DNA of 34,204 bases, from contig JAZRIH010000033.1 in NCBI GenBank assembly GCA_045645175.1, positions 1 to 34,204 of the forward strand, given 5' to 3'. The DNA comes from Eubacteriales bacterium (GTDB lineage Bacteria; Bacillota; Clostridia; Oscillospirales; CAG-272). The notes under the pieces are model-generated. The model did no database searches and had not been told where the DNA came from. It saw nothing but the letters and a program-made list of their open reading frames with translations. Below, piece by piece: positions 17,941-28,881 of the stretch (its first letter is position 1; each line of letters begins with the position of its first letter). The translations under genes and the position numbers were made by a program.

Positions 17941-19295
17941 CCCCGGTCAAGTTTTCCTCCCGTGCCGAGGAATGCTTCTGCAACTTTGCGCAAGCTTCCT
18001 CTCCCTGCAATGGACTGCTGGTCGCCCTCTCCGGAGGTGCCGATTCGGTAGTCCTCCTGCATTTAGCCCATCGATACGCTCATCTCTTTAACGGTCGCGT
18101 GGAAGCACTCCATGTGCATCACGGAATCCGCGGCGACGAAGCAGAGCGGGATCTCCAATTCTGTAAGGAATTGTGCGCCCAATTGGGTGTCCCTTTTACA
18201 GCTCGCAGATTTGATATCCCTGCCCTCGCCCAATCCGAAAAGCGCGGCCTTGAAGAAACTGCACGCCATTATCGTTATCTTGCATTGGATGAATATGCCC
18301 GGGAGCATCATCTTTCTGCTATCGCTACCGCACACACCGCTACCGATAATTTGGAAACCGTACTGCTCCAACTGACTCGCGGCTCTGCGAGAGTCATTGG
18401 AATTCAACCAATTCGGGACAACTATATCCGTCCTCTGCTCTATGCTACCCGCCAGGATATTTTGGATCATCTTGCTATATGGGAGCTTTCTCATGTGGAG
18501 GACAGCACCAACAGCGAGGATGTGTACAACCGAAATCTTATCCGCCATCAGGTGCTTCCCGTATTGCAACGAGTGAACCCCAAAGCAGAGGAAGCGTTTT
18601 TACGAACGGCCAAGTATTCAGGGGAAGATTCTGCCTATTTGGATGAATTAAGTGGACAGATGGAGAATAGCGGAAATATAGCTATGCTGAATGCCCTCCC
18701 CAATCCGCTTAAGCGACGGGCTATATTGACCCATTGCCGTAAATTGGGCTTTGACGGGCTCTCCTCGGTGCATTTGGATGCACTTTTGCAACTGATCCAA
18801 ATAGGACGCCCTCACGCCTCTCTTTCTCTGCCCGGCGGCAAGATCGCCATTGAAGGCGGATTCCTTGTCCGCAAGGAGACTGCCGACCACACTCCTTGGG
18901 AAGTAATCCTTCAAAAAGGTGAGAATCCTCTGCCAGACGGATCGATGCTCTACCTTTCCAATGAATGTGAAGAGGAATTAAAAAAATACATTGCCTCTAA
19001 ACAAAATATTTACAAATTATTGACAAAAGCAACATTCTGTTTTGATATAATAAATGGAGCATTAATTGCGCGGTCAAGAATGCCAGGTGACCGTATTCGA
19101 TCCGGCGGCATTCACCGCAAAGTTAAGAAGTTGTTTTGCGAGGCTTCGCTCCCTCTTGAGCAGCGAAACTGCACCCCTATCATTTGTAAGGACGAGGAAA
19201 TCCTGTGGATTCCTGCTATTTCAATCCGCTGCGATGAATCCGACTTAACTCACACAACACACCAAGCCCACGCACATCTGATTTGGTTAAAGTAA
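17937..19295 (+). CDS. tilS: tRNA(Ile)-lysidine synthase TilS
   Basis: It has the PP-loop motif LVALSGGADSVVLL, and the tilS-hpt-ftsH order is conserved. The start overlaps the dnaB stop (ATGA). Confidence 0.9.
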   Translation: MTPVKFSSRAEECFCNFAQASSPCNGLLVALSGGADSVVLLHLAHRYAHLFNGRVEALHVHHGIRGDEAERDLQFCKELCAQLGVPFTARRFDIPALAQSEKRGLEETARHYRYLALDEYAREHHLSAIATAHTATDNLETVLLQLTRGSARVIGIQPIRDNYIRPLLYATRQDILDHLAIWELSHVEDSTNSEDVYNRNLIRHQVLPVLQRVNPKAEEAFLRTAKYSGEDSAYLDELSGQMENSGNIAMLNALPNPLKRRAILTHCRKLGFDGLSSVHLDALLQLIQIGRPHASLSLPGGKIAIEGGFLVRKETADHTPWEVILQKGENPLPDGSMLYLSNECEEELKKYIASKQNIYKLLTKATFCFDIINGALIARSRMPGDRIRSGGIHRKVKKLFCEASLPLEQRNCTPIICKDEEILWIPAISIRCDESDLTHTTHQAHAHLIWLK

Positions 19296-19306
19296 AGGAC
19301 AAAAAA

Positions 19307-19870
19307 ATGAAAAACTATAATATCAATGATGACATTGCAAAAGTAGTGCTTTCCGCAGTAGAAGGTGACTCTATTGTCACCAGACTTGCCGCTGAGATAG
19401 ATCGTGACTATCCTAATCCTCACAAGCGTCTTCTTTTGGTTTGCATTCTAAAAGGATCCATTGTTTTCATGGGTGATTTGATGAAGAAGATTCATCGCCC
19501 TGTAGAGATCGACTGTATGAAGGTTTCTTCCTATAACCACACCGTATCCACCGGTGAACTGAAAATCAGTCTGGATCTCAAGCGCAAGGATCTTTCCAGT
19601 ATCGATATTCTGCTGATTGAAGATATTATCGATAGTGGTAAGACCATGTCAAGTCTCACCACTCTGTTAAAAGAACGTGGCGCTACTTCGGTGCGTTGTA
19701 TGTCCCTTTTGGATAAACCCAGCCGTCGCGAGGTAAACTATACACCGGATTATCTGGGCACGGTTATCCCCGACGAATTCGTAGTGGGCTACGGACTTGA
19801 CTATGATGAAAAATATAGGGCTTTGCCTTATGTTGGGGTATTAAAACCCGAAATATACGAGAATACTTAA
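19307..19870 (+). CDS. hpt: Hypoxanthine phosphoribosyltransferase
   Basis: It has the PRPP-binding motif ILLIEDIIDSGKTMS and the sequence VVGYGLDYDEKYRALPYVGVL. The start is taken at the ATG at 19307 (MKNYNI), downstream of the tilS stop, rather than the overlapping track start at 19283. Confidence 0.93.
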   Translation: MKNYNINDDIAKVVLSAVEGDSIVTRLAAEIDRDYPNPHKRLLLVCILKGSIVFMGDLMKKIHRPVEIDCMKVSSYNHTVSTGELKISLDLKRKDLSSIDILLIEDIIDSGKTMSSLTTLLKERGATSVRCMSLLDKPSRREVNYTPDYLGTVIPDEFVVGYGLDYDEKYRALPYVGVLKPEIYENT

Positions 19871-19936
19871 GCGATAGAGTGCAGTTCTCCCGTATTGGAG
19901 AGACTGTGAATCGATGCGCTATACATGGAGGAAACA

Positions 19937-22021
<2,085 letters not shown>

Positions 22022-22032
22022 TCTTTACAAAC

Positions 22033-22066
22033 CAAACTCCCGATGGAATCCATCGGGAGTTTTTTT
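22033..22066. terminator. Bidirectional intrinsic terminator between convergent ftsH and the lipoprotein gene
   Basis: Reads ACTCCCGATGG-aat-CCATCGGGAGT, flanked by AAA upstream and TTTTTT downstream. Confidence 0.75.
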
Positions 22067-22541
22067 AGATCAATTTCTTCAATAATTGTTTTACTGACTC
22101 ATTATCATCGGTTGCCAGTAAAGCTACCCATCTTCCCTCTCTCCACACAGTTGCATTCGCATAAGATTCAGATGTATATAATTCATTATCCTTCCTTAGT
22201 AAAAGCGATTGCCGTTTTTGCAGGATCAATTCGATGGCATCCGCCTTCTCTCCATCCAAAGCATGATAGAGATGTACCTCAAATACAGCATCATCTTTTC
22301 CAAGCGCGATGGCAAAATCCTCAGCCATTGCCATGGGATCTTGATTGCTGTATAAAAGAGAGGATTTCTCATTAGATAGATAGCCTTCCCCTTCCTCATC
22401 TGCTCCGTAAAAACAGATCACCGCATCTCGCTTGATGGGAAGCGACATGATTTTCGCCAGCAGATCGGTGGCGGTATAGGGTTCACCACAAGAGGTAAAT
22501 AGACAAAGCAATATACAAACCAACGGCAATATTCGTTTCAA
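22065..22541 (-). CDS. Putative lipoprotein (DUF4358-like)
   Basis: It has a signal peptide with the lipobox LFTSC (MKRILPLVCILLCLFTSCGEP). The body resembles small clostridial DUF4358 lipoproteins; the family name is from memory only. Confidence 0.6.
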   Translation of the reverse strand: MKRILPLVCILLCLFTSCGEPYTATDLLAKIMSLPIKRDAVICFYGADEEGEGYLSNEKSSLLYSNQDPMAMAEDFAIALGKDDAVFEVHLYHALDGEKADAIELILQKRQSLLLRKDNELYTSESYANATVWREGRWVALLATDDNESVKQLLKKLI

Positions 22542-22617
22542 GGCAATTCCCCTTTATCGTTTTATTACCATTCATGCAAAGTTTCGTAGAAATATGCAAA
22601 GTGTTTACAAATATTCG

Positions 22618-22646
22618 TTGCAATCGGTATCGGTCTGTGTTATAAT
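22618..22646 (+). promoter_or_regulatory. Sigma-A promoter for the M23/DUF218 pair (-35 TTGCAA, 17 nt, -10 TATAAT)
   Basis: Reads TTGCAA-tcggtatcggtctgtgt-TATAAT, about 58 nt upstream of the ATG at 22704. Confidence 0.6.
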
Positions 22647-22703
22647 AAATGCAACTTTCCAATTGAATTGCTATACGGATTTTCACCGTTCAACGAGGTA
22701 TAT

Positions 22704-24368
22704 ATGAAAAAAATCACAAAAGGACTGATTTTAACCGTCCTCTGTCTAATCCCTACATTTTTTGCCATTCTATCCTATTGGGGTTCACGCGAAACACCTT
22801 TGGAGCTCTCATCCATCAATGGTATGATCTTAGAAGGTCCCAATGGAAGCCGCTACGAATTGAGTATTAAGAAGAATGAAGAAAAAGAGTTTATCGATTA
22901 TTGGATCAAGCTAAATCAAAAAGCCAAAAAAGTATCCAAACTTCCCTCTGAGATCGATAAAGACTCGGCTTTCATCGCTACCTATCTCAGCAAAAATGAA
23001 AAGCTTGTCTATCAGTATTATTTTTCGCCAACCTATCCCAGTAAGAGCTATCTGATCGATCCCGATAAAAATATCTACCGCCTTAATGCATCTGACACCA
23101 TTACCTTTTTGGACAGCCCTTACTCAGCAGATCTTTATCCCTACTCTGCCCCTCCCACACTCACCGTTGCAGGTACTGCTGTTGAAGCAACCACAGTAGA
23201 TTGGAGCTACTATACCTATACAGGTAAAGAACATCCTTCCACGCTGAAGTCAGAAGCGGAAGAGATTCCCGTGCTCACGGCATCTTATATCGGTCTGCAA
23301 ATCCAATCTGCACCTGTCCCCGATGACAGCTTGCTGAAAATCGTGGACGAAAACGATTCCATTCTCTTCCAAGGCAAGCTCAAGGATTTTCATCCCTCCA
23401 CTACGCTGAAAAAGAAAATCGTCAAAGATACCCTTCTTCATGTGACTCTCCGCACCGACTGGCATCCTAGTGACGGCGCGCATTATTCGGGCAAAGCTGA
23501 ATACCGTTTCGATGTACAAGCCATCTTCGACCCTGCAGCCCACTTCTGGCTGGGCAGTCAATCGGTCGAGCTGGGCGAAATGGTGGTGCTGTCCGGTGAA
23601 TTTGTAGAAGAGCTGGACGATCTCTCCTTCACATCTTCCCCCGATTTGGGTGTTACACCTACCTTTATCCGTGACGGTGATTATGTTCGTGCTCTCATCC
23701 CCATTTCCCACGATCTCCCCAACGGTGCAGGCGAGTATACTCTGACCGTCAACTGTCTGGGCAAGAGCTGTCCCATGACCCTGTACATCACACCGCCCAC
23801 TCATTCCTCTCAGACTCGTTCCTACAATTACAGTGGCATGGTGAATGTTGGAGTCCGTACAGAAGCCAATTTGGCGGCATTTAAGGGACTGATGGAATCT
23901 CTTCCCTATACCTCCAAGCTTCTTTGCACACAGCCCTTCTTCTTTAATAAGGGAGAGAATATTCGTGCCAATTATGGCGAGATGATCCACAACACCAACG
24001 ATAAAGCCTCCGATTTCATGAGCAACGGAACAGCCATCGTTGCCTATTATACCACTCCTCTGTATGGCGCTAATAACGGTACCGTCGCTGCAGTCACCAC
24101 CACCACCTATGGCGGTAATACCGTTGTAATTGACCATGGTTGGGGACTCTTCAGCGTTTACTACTGTCTGGGCAAAGTATCGGTCACCGAAGGTCAACAG
24201 GTTACCAAAGACACTATCATCGGTTACGGCGGAAAAACCGCCGCAGGGGTTCCGCAGGGATACACCGATTACAACACCTGCTACTGGGAGTTGTGGGTAG
24301 GCGGCCAACCGATCTCTTACCTGCCCTTGCTGAAAGAACCTCTGAGCATTGGTTCACCTATTGATTAA
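22704..24368 (+). CDS. Membrane-anchored LytM/M23-domain protein with apparently degenerate catalytic motifs
   Basis: It has an N-terminal TM (MKKITKGLILTVLCLIPTFFAIL), a roughly 400-aa unassigned region and a C-terminal M23-like domain (YGGNTVVIDHGWGLFSVYYCLGKVSVTEGQQVTKDTIIGYGG...). The start is at the ATG at 22704 after GAGGT; the track uses an upstream TTG. Confidence 0.75.
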   Translation: MKKITKGLILTVLCLIPTFFAILSYWGSRETPLELSSINGMILEGPNGSRYELSIKKNEEKEFIDYWIKLNQKAKKVSKLPSEIDKDSAFIATYLSKNEKLVYQYYFSPTYPSKSYLIDPDKNIYRLNASDTITFLDSPYSADLYPYSAPPTLTVAGTAVEATTVDWSYYTYTGKEHPSTLKSEAEEIPVLTASYIGLQIQSAPVPDDSLLKIVDENDSILFQGKLKDFHPSTTLKKKIVKDTLLHVTLRTDWHPSDGAHYSGKAEYRFDVQAIFDPAAHFWLGSQSVELGEMVVLSGEFVEELDDLSFTSSPDLGVTPTFIRDGDYVRALIPISHDLPNGAGEYTLTVNCLGKSCPMTLYITPPTHSSQTRSYNYSGMVNVGVRTEANLAAFKGLMESLPYTSKLLCTQPFFFNKGENIRANYGEMIHNTNDKASDFMSNGTAIVAYYTTPLYGANNGTVAAVTTTTYGGNTVVIDHGWGLFSVYYCLGKVSVTEGQQVTKDTIIGYGGKTAAGVPQGYTDYNTCYWELWVGGQPISYLPLLKEPLSIGSPID

Positions 24369-24398
24369 CCTCCCTGAACGAGCAGAAAGGAATTTACT

Positions 24399-25205
24399 GT
24401 GAAGCTGTTTGCTCCCTCACTCACCCGATTTCAAAAGGTGATGCGAATCCTGCTGAATATCGCAGGAACGCTGTGTTTTCTCTACTATATCCTGATCGCC
24501 TTCGTAGCCGGACTGATCCACACTTCCATTCTGTTTATCTGGCTCATCGGCGGAACCTTCTGCTATCTCCTTTCCGCGTTTTTCCCGCCTTTCGTCCGCA
24601 TGATAAAGAGATGGAAAACATGGCTCAAAATCCTTGCCGCCACACCGATCTGCATTTGCATCCTTCTCTTTTGCATCGGTGAAATCGCTATCCTTACCGG
24701 ATTCGTTTCCGATTTGCCTGATAGCGATGCCGATTATCTCATCGTATTGGGCGCGAAGGTCAATCCCGATGGACCCAGCCTTACCTTGCAGAAACGAATC
24801 GATGCAGCGTATGAGTATCTGTCCGACCATCCCCACACGATTGTCATCGCATCGGGCGGCAAGGGATCGGACGAGCCCATGAGCGAGGCGCAGTGCATCG
24901 CAGGCGAACTGATTCGCATGGGAATTGACGAGGATCGTATTCTCTTAGAGGATCGTTCCACCGATACTGCCGAGAACATTCAGTACAGCAAAGCACTCAT
25001 TGAAGATTCCCCCGATCTGACCGTATTGGTGCTCTCTAATGATTTCCATTGCTTCCGTGCATCGGGGATTGCCCGACAGCATTTGGATGCCGAGGTAGGA
25101 CACATCTCTGCCGACAGCGTGTTTTTCCTCCTTCCCCACTACATGGTGCGTGAATTTGCAGGACTAACTGTGGATCTGCTCCAAGGAAATATGGCGTTTG
25201 AATAA
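24399..25205 (+). CDS. DUF218 (YdcF/SanA/ElyC-like) membrane protein
   Basis: N-terminal TM helices are followed by DYLIVLGAKVNPDGPSLTLQKRIDAA...VIASGGKGSDEPMSEAQCIAGELIRMGIDEDRILLEDRSTDTAENIQYS, which is typical of DUF218. The start is a GTG as in the track; an internal ATG (MRILLN) is also possible. Confidence 0.8.
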   Translation: MKLFAPSLTRFQKVMRILLNIAGTLCFLYYILIAFVAGLIHTSILFIWLIGGTFCYLLSAFFPPFVRMIKRWKTWLKILAATPICICILLFCIGEIAILTGFVSDLPDSDADYLIVLGAKVNPDGPSLTLQKRIDAAYEYLSDHPHTIVIASGGKGSDEPMSEAQCIAGELIRMGIDEDRILLEDRSTDTAENIQYSKALIEDSPDLTVLVLSNDFHCFRASGIARQHLDAEVGHISADSVFFLLPHYMVREFAGLTVDLLQGNMAFE

Positions 25206-25208
25206 GCA

Positions 25209-25243
25209 ACCGGCGAGTGACTCATCACTCGCCGGTTTCATCT
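25209..25243 (+). terminator. Intrinsic terminator after the DUF218 gene
   Basis: Reads ACCGGCGAGTGA-ctca-TCACTCGCCGGT followed by TTCATCTT. Confidence 0.7.
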
Positions 25244-25283
25244 TACAGTTGAATAACGGCATGAAAAATCACCCATGCAGTTA

Positions 25284-25312
25284 TTGCTATGTATCAAGCG
25301 TCATGCTATAAT
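25284..25312 (+). promoter_or_regulatory. Sigma-A promoter for the XRE regulator (-35 TTGCTA, 17 nt, -10 TATAAT)
   Basis: Reads TTGCTA-tgtatcaagcgtcatgc-TATAAT. Confidence 0.55.
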
Positions 25313-25358
25313 AAAGTCAAGAAAGCTTTCGAAATAACTATAAAGTAGGTAAAATTTT

Positions 25359-25892
25359 ATGAGCATTGACATGAATACAGTAGGGGCGCAGATTGCTCTG
25401 CTACGCAAACACGCAGGACTTACCCAAACTGAGCTTGGTGAGCGATTAGGTGTATCTTTTCAAGCGGTATCCAAATGGGAACGAGGAGAAAATCTCCCCG
25501 ACGTAGGACTCCTTCTCGATTTGGCTACCATCCTCCGCACCACGGTTGACAACATCCTGTCGGGAGGCAGACAAATCATGGAATACAAAGGAAAAATCAC
25601 GGTTGCTGATGCAAGGGATGGACTATCTTCTCTGAAACGGATGGGCGAGTGCCTTGGCGCGAACAATCTTCTCTATATTGCCGCCATCGATGGAATCAAT
25701 TCCAAGCTGAACACCACCATTGAAGATGCCTTCCAAAGCGAACGGATTTTCGAAGTGTTCGTGGTAGAGGCGCTGGAATCGGCTCTGCGGGACGGCTATT
25801 ACATCGATCTCACCGATGTAAAAAACAACATCAAGAATGAGCGTTACCGTCAGCATTTGCTGGACTATGCCGAAAAGTTTGGGATAAAATAA
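25359..25892 (+). CDS. XRE-family helix-turn-helix transcriptional regulator with an unassigned roughly 110-aa C-terminal domain
   Basis: The N-terminus IALLRKHAGLTQTELGERLGVSFQAVSKWERGENLPDVGLLLDLATIL is a classic Cro/C1 HTH. I do not recognise the C-terminal half. Confidence 0.85.
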   Translation: MSIDMNTVGAQIALLRKHAGLTQTELGERLGVSFQAVSKWERGENLPDVGLLLDLATILRTTVDNILSGGRQIMEYKGKITVADARDGLSSLKRMGECLGANNLLYIAAIDGINSKLNTTIEDAFQSERIFEVFVVEALESALRDGYYIDLTDVKNNIKNERYRQHLLDYAEKFGIK

Positions 25893-25893
25893 G

Positions 25894-25930
25894 AAAAAAG
25901 TGCATTGAGATACCTCAATGCACTTTTTTT
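25894..25930. terminator. Bidirectional intrinsic terminator between convergent XRE gene and recR
   Basis: Reads AAAAAA-GTGCATTGAG-atac-CTCAATGCAC-TTTTTTT. Confidence 0.8.
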
Positions 25931-25936
25931 GTTCAT

Positions 25937-26533
25937 TTACAGTTCCCGTCTGCCGTCCAGCGCACGGAAGAGAGTCACTGCATCTGCATATTCCAGATCA
26001 GCACCCACCGGCACGCCATAGGCAAGTCGGGTAACCTTGATATCCATGGGTTTCAACAACTTAGTGAGATAGAGTGCGGTCGCTTCCCCTTCCACGGTGG
26101 GATTGGTGGCAACGATCACTTCTTCGATCTCCTCGCTATTCAGACGGGACAGCAGACTGCCAATGGCAAGCTGATCAGGGCCTACCCCGTTCATAGGCGA
26201 CAGAACGCCTCCTAAGACGTGATATTTTCCACGATAGTCCCGTACTCGTTCCAGACTCATCACCGCTCTGGCGTCCTCTACTACGCAGATAACCGCCTCA
26301 CGGGTGGTGTCGCGGCATACGGAACATAGATCGCCTTCGCACAGATTATTGCACACCTTGCATCGTCCGATTCTAGAACGGGCACTGACGATGGTTTCGG
26401 CAAAGGTCTGCGCAGACTCCTCGCTCCAATCAATCAGCGAAAGAGCGTACCGACTGGCGGTTTTGCGTCCTACGCCGGGAAGCTTGGCAAACTGCTCGAT
26501 GAGCTGTTCCAAAGGAAGGATGTAATCTGCCAT
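25937..26533 (-). CDS. recR: Recombination protein RecR
   Basis: It has HhH (LPGVGRKTASR), a C4 zinc finger (CKVCNNLCEGDLCSVC) and a Toprim domain (ICVVEDARAVMSLE). Confidence 0.95.
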   Translation of the reverse strand: MADYILPLEQLIEQFAKLPGVGRKTASRYALSLIDWSEESAQTFAETIVSARSRIGRCKVCNNLCEGDLCSVCRDTTREAVICVVEDARAVMSLERVRDYRGKYHVLGGVLSPMNGVGPDQLAIGSLLSRLNSEEIEEVIVATNPTVEGEATALYLTKLLKPMDIKVTRLAYGVPVGADLEYADAVTLFRALDGRREL

Positions 26534-26886
26534 TAGAACAGACCGGGCATATTCATAGTGCCGGTGATCTTTTCCATTTCGGCGGAGTTGGTGGATTCAA
26601 CCTTCTTGATTGCTTCGTTTACGCCTGCTACCAGAATGTCGGACAGGGTTTCGATATCGTCGGGATCAACGATTTCGGGAGAGATGGAGATGTTGAGGAT
26701 CTCCTTTTTACCGTTAATAGATACAGTTACAGCGCCGCCGCCTGCCTGTACCTCATATTCTTTGGCATCCAGCTCTGCCTGCTTGGCTGCCATTTCTTCC
26801 TGCATCTTCTGTGCCTGACGGATCATGCCCTGCATGTTGTTAGCGCCGCCGGTATACTCTTTGGGAATTCTTGCTTTCATGTTCAT
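26533..26886 (-). CDS. ybaB: Nucleoid-associated protein YbaB/EbfC
   Basis: The sequence NMQGMIRQAQKMQEEMAAKQAEL...GGGAVTVSINGKKEILNISI is typical, and the dnaX-ybaB-recR order is conserved. The start may instead be the ATG two codons downstream (26880). Confidence 0.92.
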   Translation of the reverse strand: MNMKARIPKEYTGGANNMQGMIRQAQKMQEEMAAKQAELDAKEYEVQAGGGAVTVSINGKKEILNISISPEIVDPDDIETLSDILVAGVNEAIKKVESTNSAEMEKITGTMNMPGLF

Positions 26887-26916
26887 TCATCCTTTTCTAT
26901 ATAGATATTATTTTCA

Positions 26917-28515
26917 TTAAAACAGATCGTCAAATGCGGATCTGGTATGGGTATCGGGTTTTGCGATCTCAATGATCACATCGGTAAAGGTATCGCCTTG
27001 GGATACGGCAATGGCACGAAGCTTAGATGCCGCAGAAACGCTCTCCAGCAAACGTTTGGCAAAGGAGTCACTCAGTTCCACATGGAGTTTCTTCTCGCCG
27101 TCTACGTAAACCTTAGCGCTTCTCAGGAAGGGCGCACCGCCCTGATCGATCTTTTCGTAACGTGCCACAAGATCGGTCCAACCGTAATAGGCTTCCTTCA
27201 CAGTAGACACAGGCGCAGGAGTGGGCATAGGAGCCACTTCCTTCACAGGTGCCTTCTGCGGTGCAGGAGTAGGCTTCTTGGCAGGTGCTGCAGGTGCAGC
27301 GGGAACCTCAGGAGTAGGTTTAGCCACTCCAATATTGCCGCCTGCAATCAGCATGGTCAGCTTTTCTTCCAATTCTGCGATTCTGGCAGACAATGCCTCG
27401 GGAGAATCGCCAAAAGCATTGGAGCAAAGGCGCAGGAGCGTCATTTCAGCAACCACACGCTTGTCCTCGCCGCGATGCATGGACAGGAAGGCTTCTTCCA
27501 ACAGTTTGACATGGTAAAGAAGAGTCGGATAAGGGAACGCCGATGCGTTGGCAATCAGCTCGGTAAGCTCGGAGTCGCTGTAATCCAGCACTTCTCCGGG
27601 AACTTGTCCCGAAGCTGCAGTAACTTTTAACGCCTTTTGCACCATCATATCGCGATAATAGGTGATCAGATCGGTGAAGAATACCGACAGATCGATGGAC
27701 GAGCGATACATAGATGCGATCAGCGAAAGGATCTTGGAAAAATTCTTTTGGGCAATGGCACTGACCGCTTCGGACACCTGCGTTCTTCCGCAAACGCCTG
27801 CGGCGGCGGAAACGCTTTCTGCGGTAACTGCTTTACCCTCGCCTGCACACAGCTCCAACAAGCTGATGGCATCACGCATACCGCCTTGGGACAGACGTGC
27901 AATGAGTCTTGCGCCGTCATCGGTGAGGGCAATATTCTCGGACTTGGCGATAAAGATCAGACGGTCCATGATAGTCTGCAAGGGGATACGTCTGAAATCA
28001 AAGCGCTGACAACGGGAAAGGATGGTCGCGGGGATCTCCTGCATTTCGGTGGTCGCCAAAATGAAGATAACGCCTGCGGGAGGTTCTTCCAGGGTTTTCA
28101 GAAGTGCATTGAACGCACCCTCGGAAAGCATATGAACCTCGTCGATGATGTAGACACGGGTACCCATGGCAGAAGGGGTGAAGATGACCTCTTCGCGGAT
28201 ATCACGGATATAATCTACGCCGGTGTTGCTGGCTGCGTCCATTTCCAGGACTTCCAGCGATCTGCCGCTGTCAATCTCAGCACAAACAGGGCAAGCGTTA
28301 CAGGGATTGCCGCCTACGGTATTGGGGCAGTTGGCTGCTTTGGCGAGGATTTTCGCACAGGTAGTTTTACCCGTTCCGCGGGAGCCGCAGAAGAGATAAG
28401 CATGGCTGAGCTTATGATTGTCTACCTGCCATGCCAGGACGGAGGTAATATGCTCCTGTCCGCAAACGTCCGAAAAAGCCTTGGGACGCCATTTTCTGTA
28501 TAATGCCTGATGCAT
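26917..28515 (-). CDS. dnaX: DNA polymerase III subunit gamma/tau (DnaX)
   Basis: The sequence MHQALYRKWRPKAFSDVCGQEH, Walker A GSRGTGKTTCAKILAK, a zinc module CPNTVGGNPCNACPVC and DEVHMLS are present. The start is the ATG at 28515, preceded by AGGAGG; the track's upstream extension overlaps the SRP RNA. Confidence 0.95.
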   Translation of the reverse strand: MHQALYRKWRPKAFSDVCGQEHITSVLAWQVDNHKLSHAYLFCGSRGTGKTTCAKILAKAANCPNTVGGNPCNACPVCAEIDSGRSLEVLEMDAASNTGVDYIRDIREEVIFTPSAMGTRVYIIDEVHMLSEGAFNALLKTLEEPPAGVIFILATTEMQEIPATILSRCQRFDFRRIPLQTIMDRLIFIAKSENIALTDDGARLIARLSQGGMRDAISLLELCAGEGKAVTAESVSAAAGVCGRTQVSEAVSAIAQKNFSKILSLIASMYRSSIDLSVFFTDLITYYRDMMVQKALKVTAASGQVPGEVLDYSDSELTELIANASAFPYPTLLYHVKLLEEAFLSMHRGEDKRVVAEMTLLRLCSNAFGDSPEALSARIAELEEKLTMLIAGGNIGVAKPTPEVPAAPAAPAKKPTPAPQKAPVKEVAPMPTPAPVSTVKEAYYGWTDLVARYEKIDQGGAPFLRSAKVYVDGEKKLHVELSDSFAKRLLESVSAASKLRAIAVSQGDTFTDVIIEIAKPDTHTRSAFDDLF

Positions 28516-28555
28516 AAAATCCTCCTTCTGAGCATGAAAAAGCAGGGTGCAAAAT

Positions 28556-28830
28556 AAGACCATACACCTCGAAATCGAACTGAATCACCTACGCGTGAAA
28601 GGCAATCTGCGCTCAAGACAGGCGCCCCCGTGGCACATTGAACATACTCCTTAATGCTGCTTGGTTCCCCACCTGACATGGTTCGAAGCCATCAATTGCA
28701 CAGGACCCATTTCTCAACACGCAAATTTCGGTGCAGACCATACATGATCAGCCCTCAAACGTGGAAACCACCCCTGCTGTAGCGGATTGCAGGTACAGGG
28801 CACCGCTAACTCCCCGGCCGGTATGGTCTT
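28556..28830 (-). ncRNA. ffs: Signal recognition particle RNA, long Bacillus-type (small cytoplasmic RNA) with an Alu-like 5' domain
   Basis: The minus strand contains the domain IV core CAUGUCAGGUGGGGAACCAAGCAGCAUUAAG, with a GGAA tetraloop closed by GG/CC (compare E. coli CAGGUCCGGAAGGAAGCAGCC). A 5' Alu-like segment GGGGAGUUAGCGGUGCCCUGUACCUGCAAUCCGCU is present. The termini AAGACCAUAC/GUAUGGUCUU pair perfectly. It sits directly upstream of dnaX as scr does in B. subtilis. Ends are approximate (+/-10 nt). Confidence 0.85.
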
Positions 28831-28881
28831 ATTTCGCATCCTGCGATGCTGTTTTCAAGCCGTCTTTTAAACGGCTTTACT

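Noticed and set aside
23250-24308. 352-aa minus-strand ORF
   Set aside because: It is an antisense shadow of the M23-domain gene, with no RBS or motifs.
26947-28503. Plus-strand ORFs of 227 aa and 288 aa
   Set aside because: They are antisense shadows of dnaX.
26917-28515. Possible dnaX programmed -1 frameshift (A AAA AAG slippery site) producing a gamma subunit
   Set aside because: Scanning by eye, I did not see CTTTTTT on the plus strand (AAAAAAG on the sense strand) within the gene. This cannot be excluded without a proper search, but there is nothing to support it.
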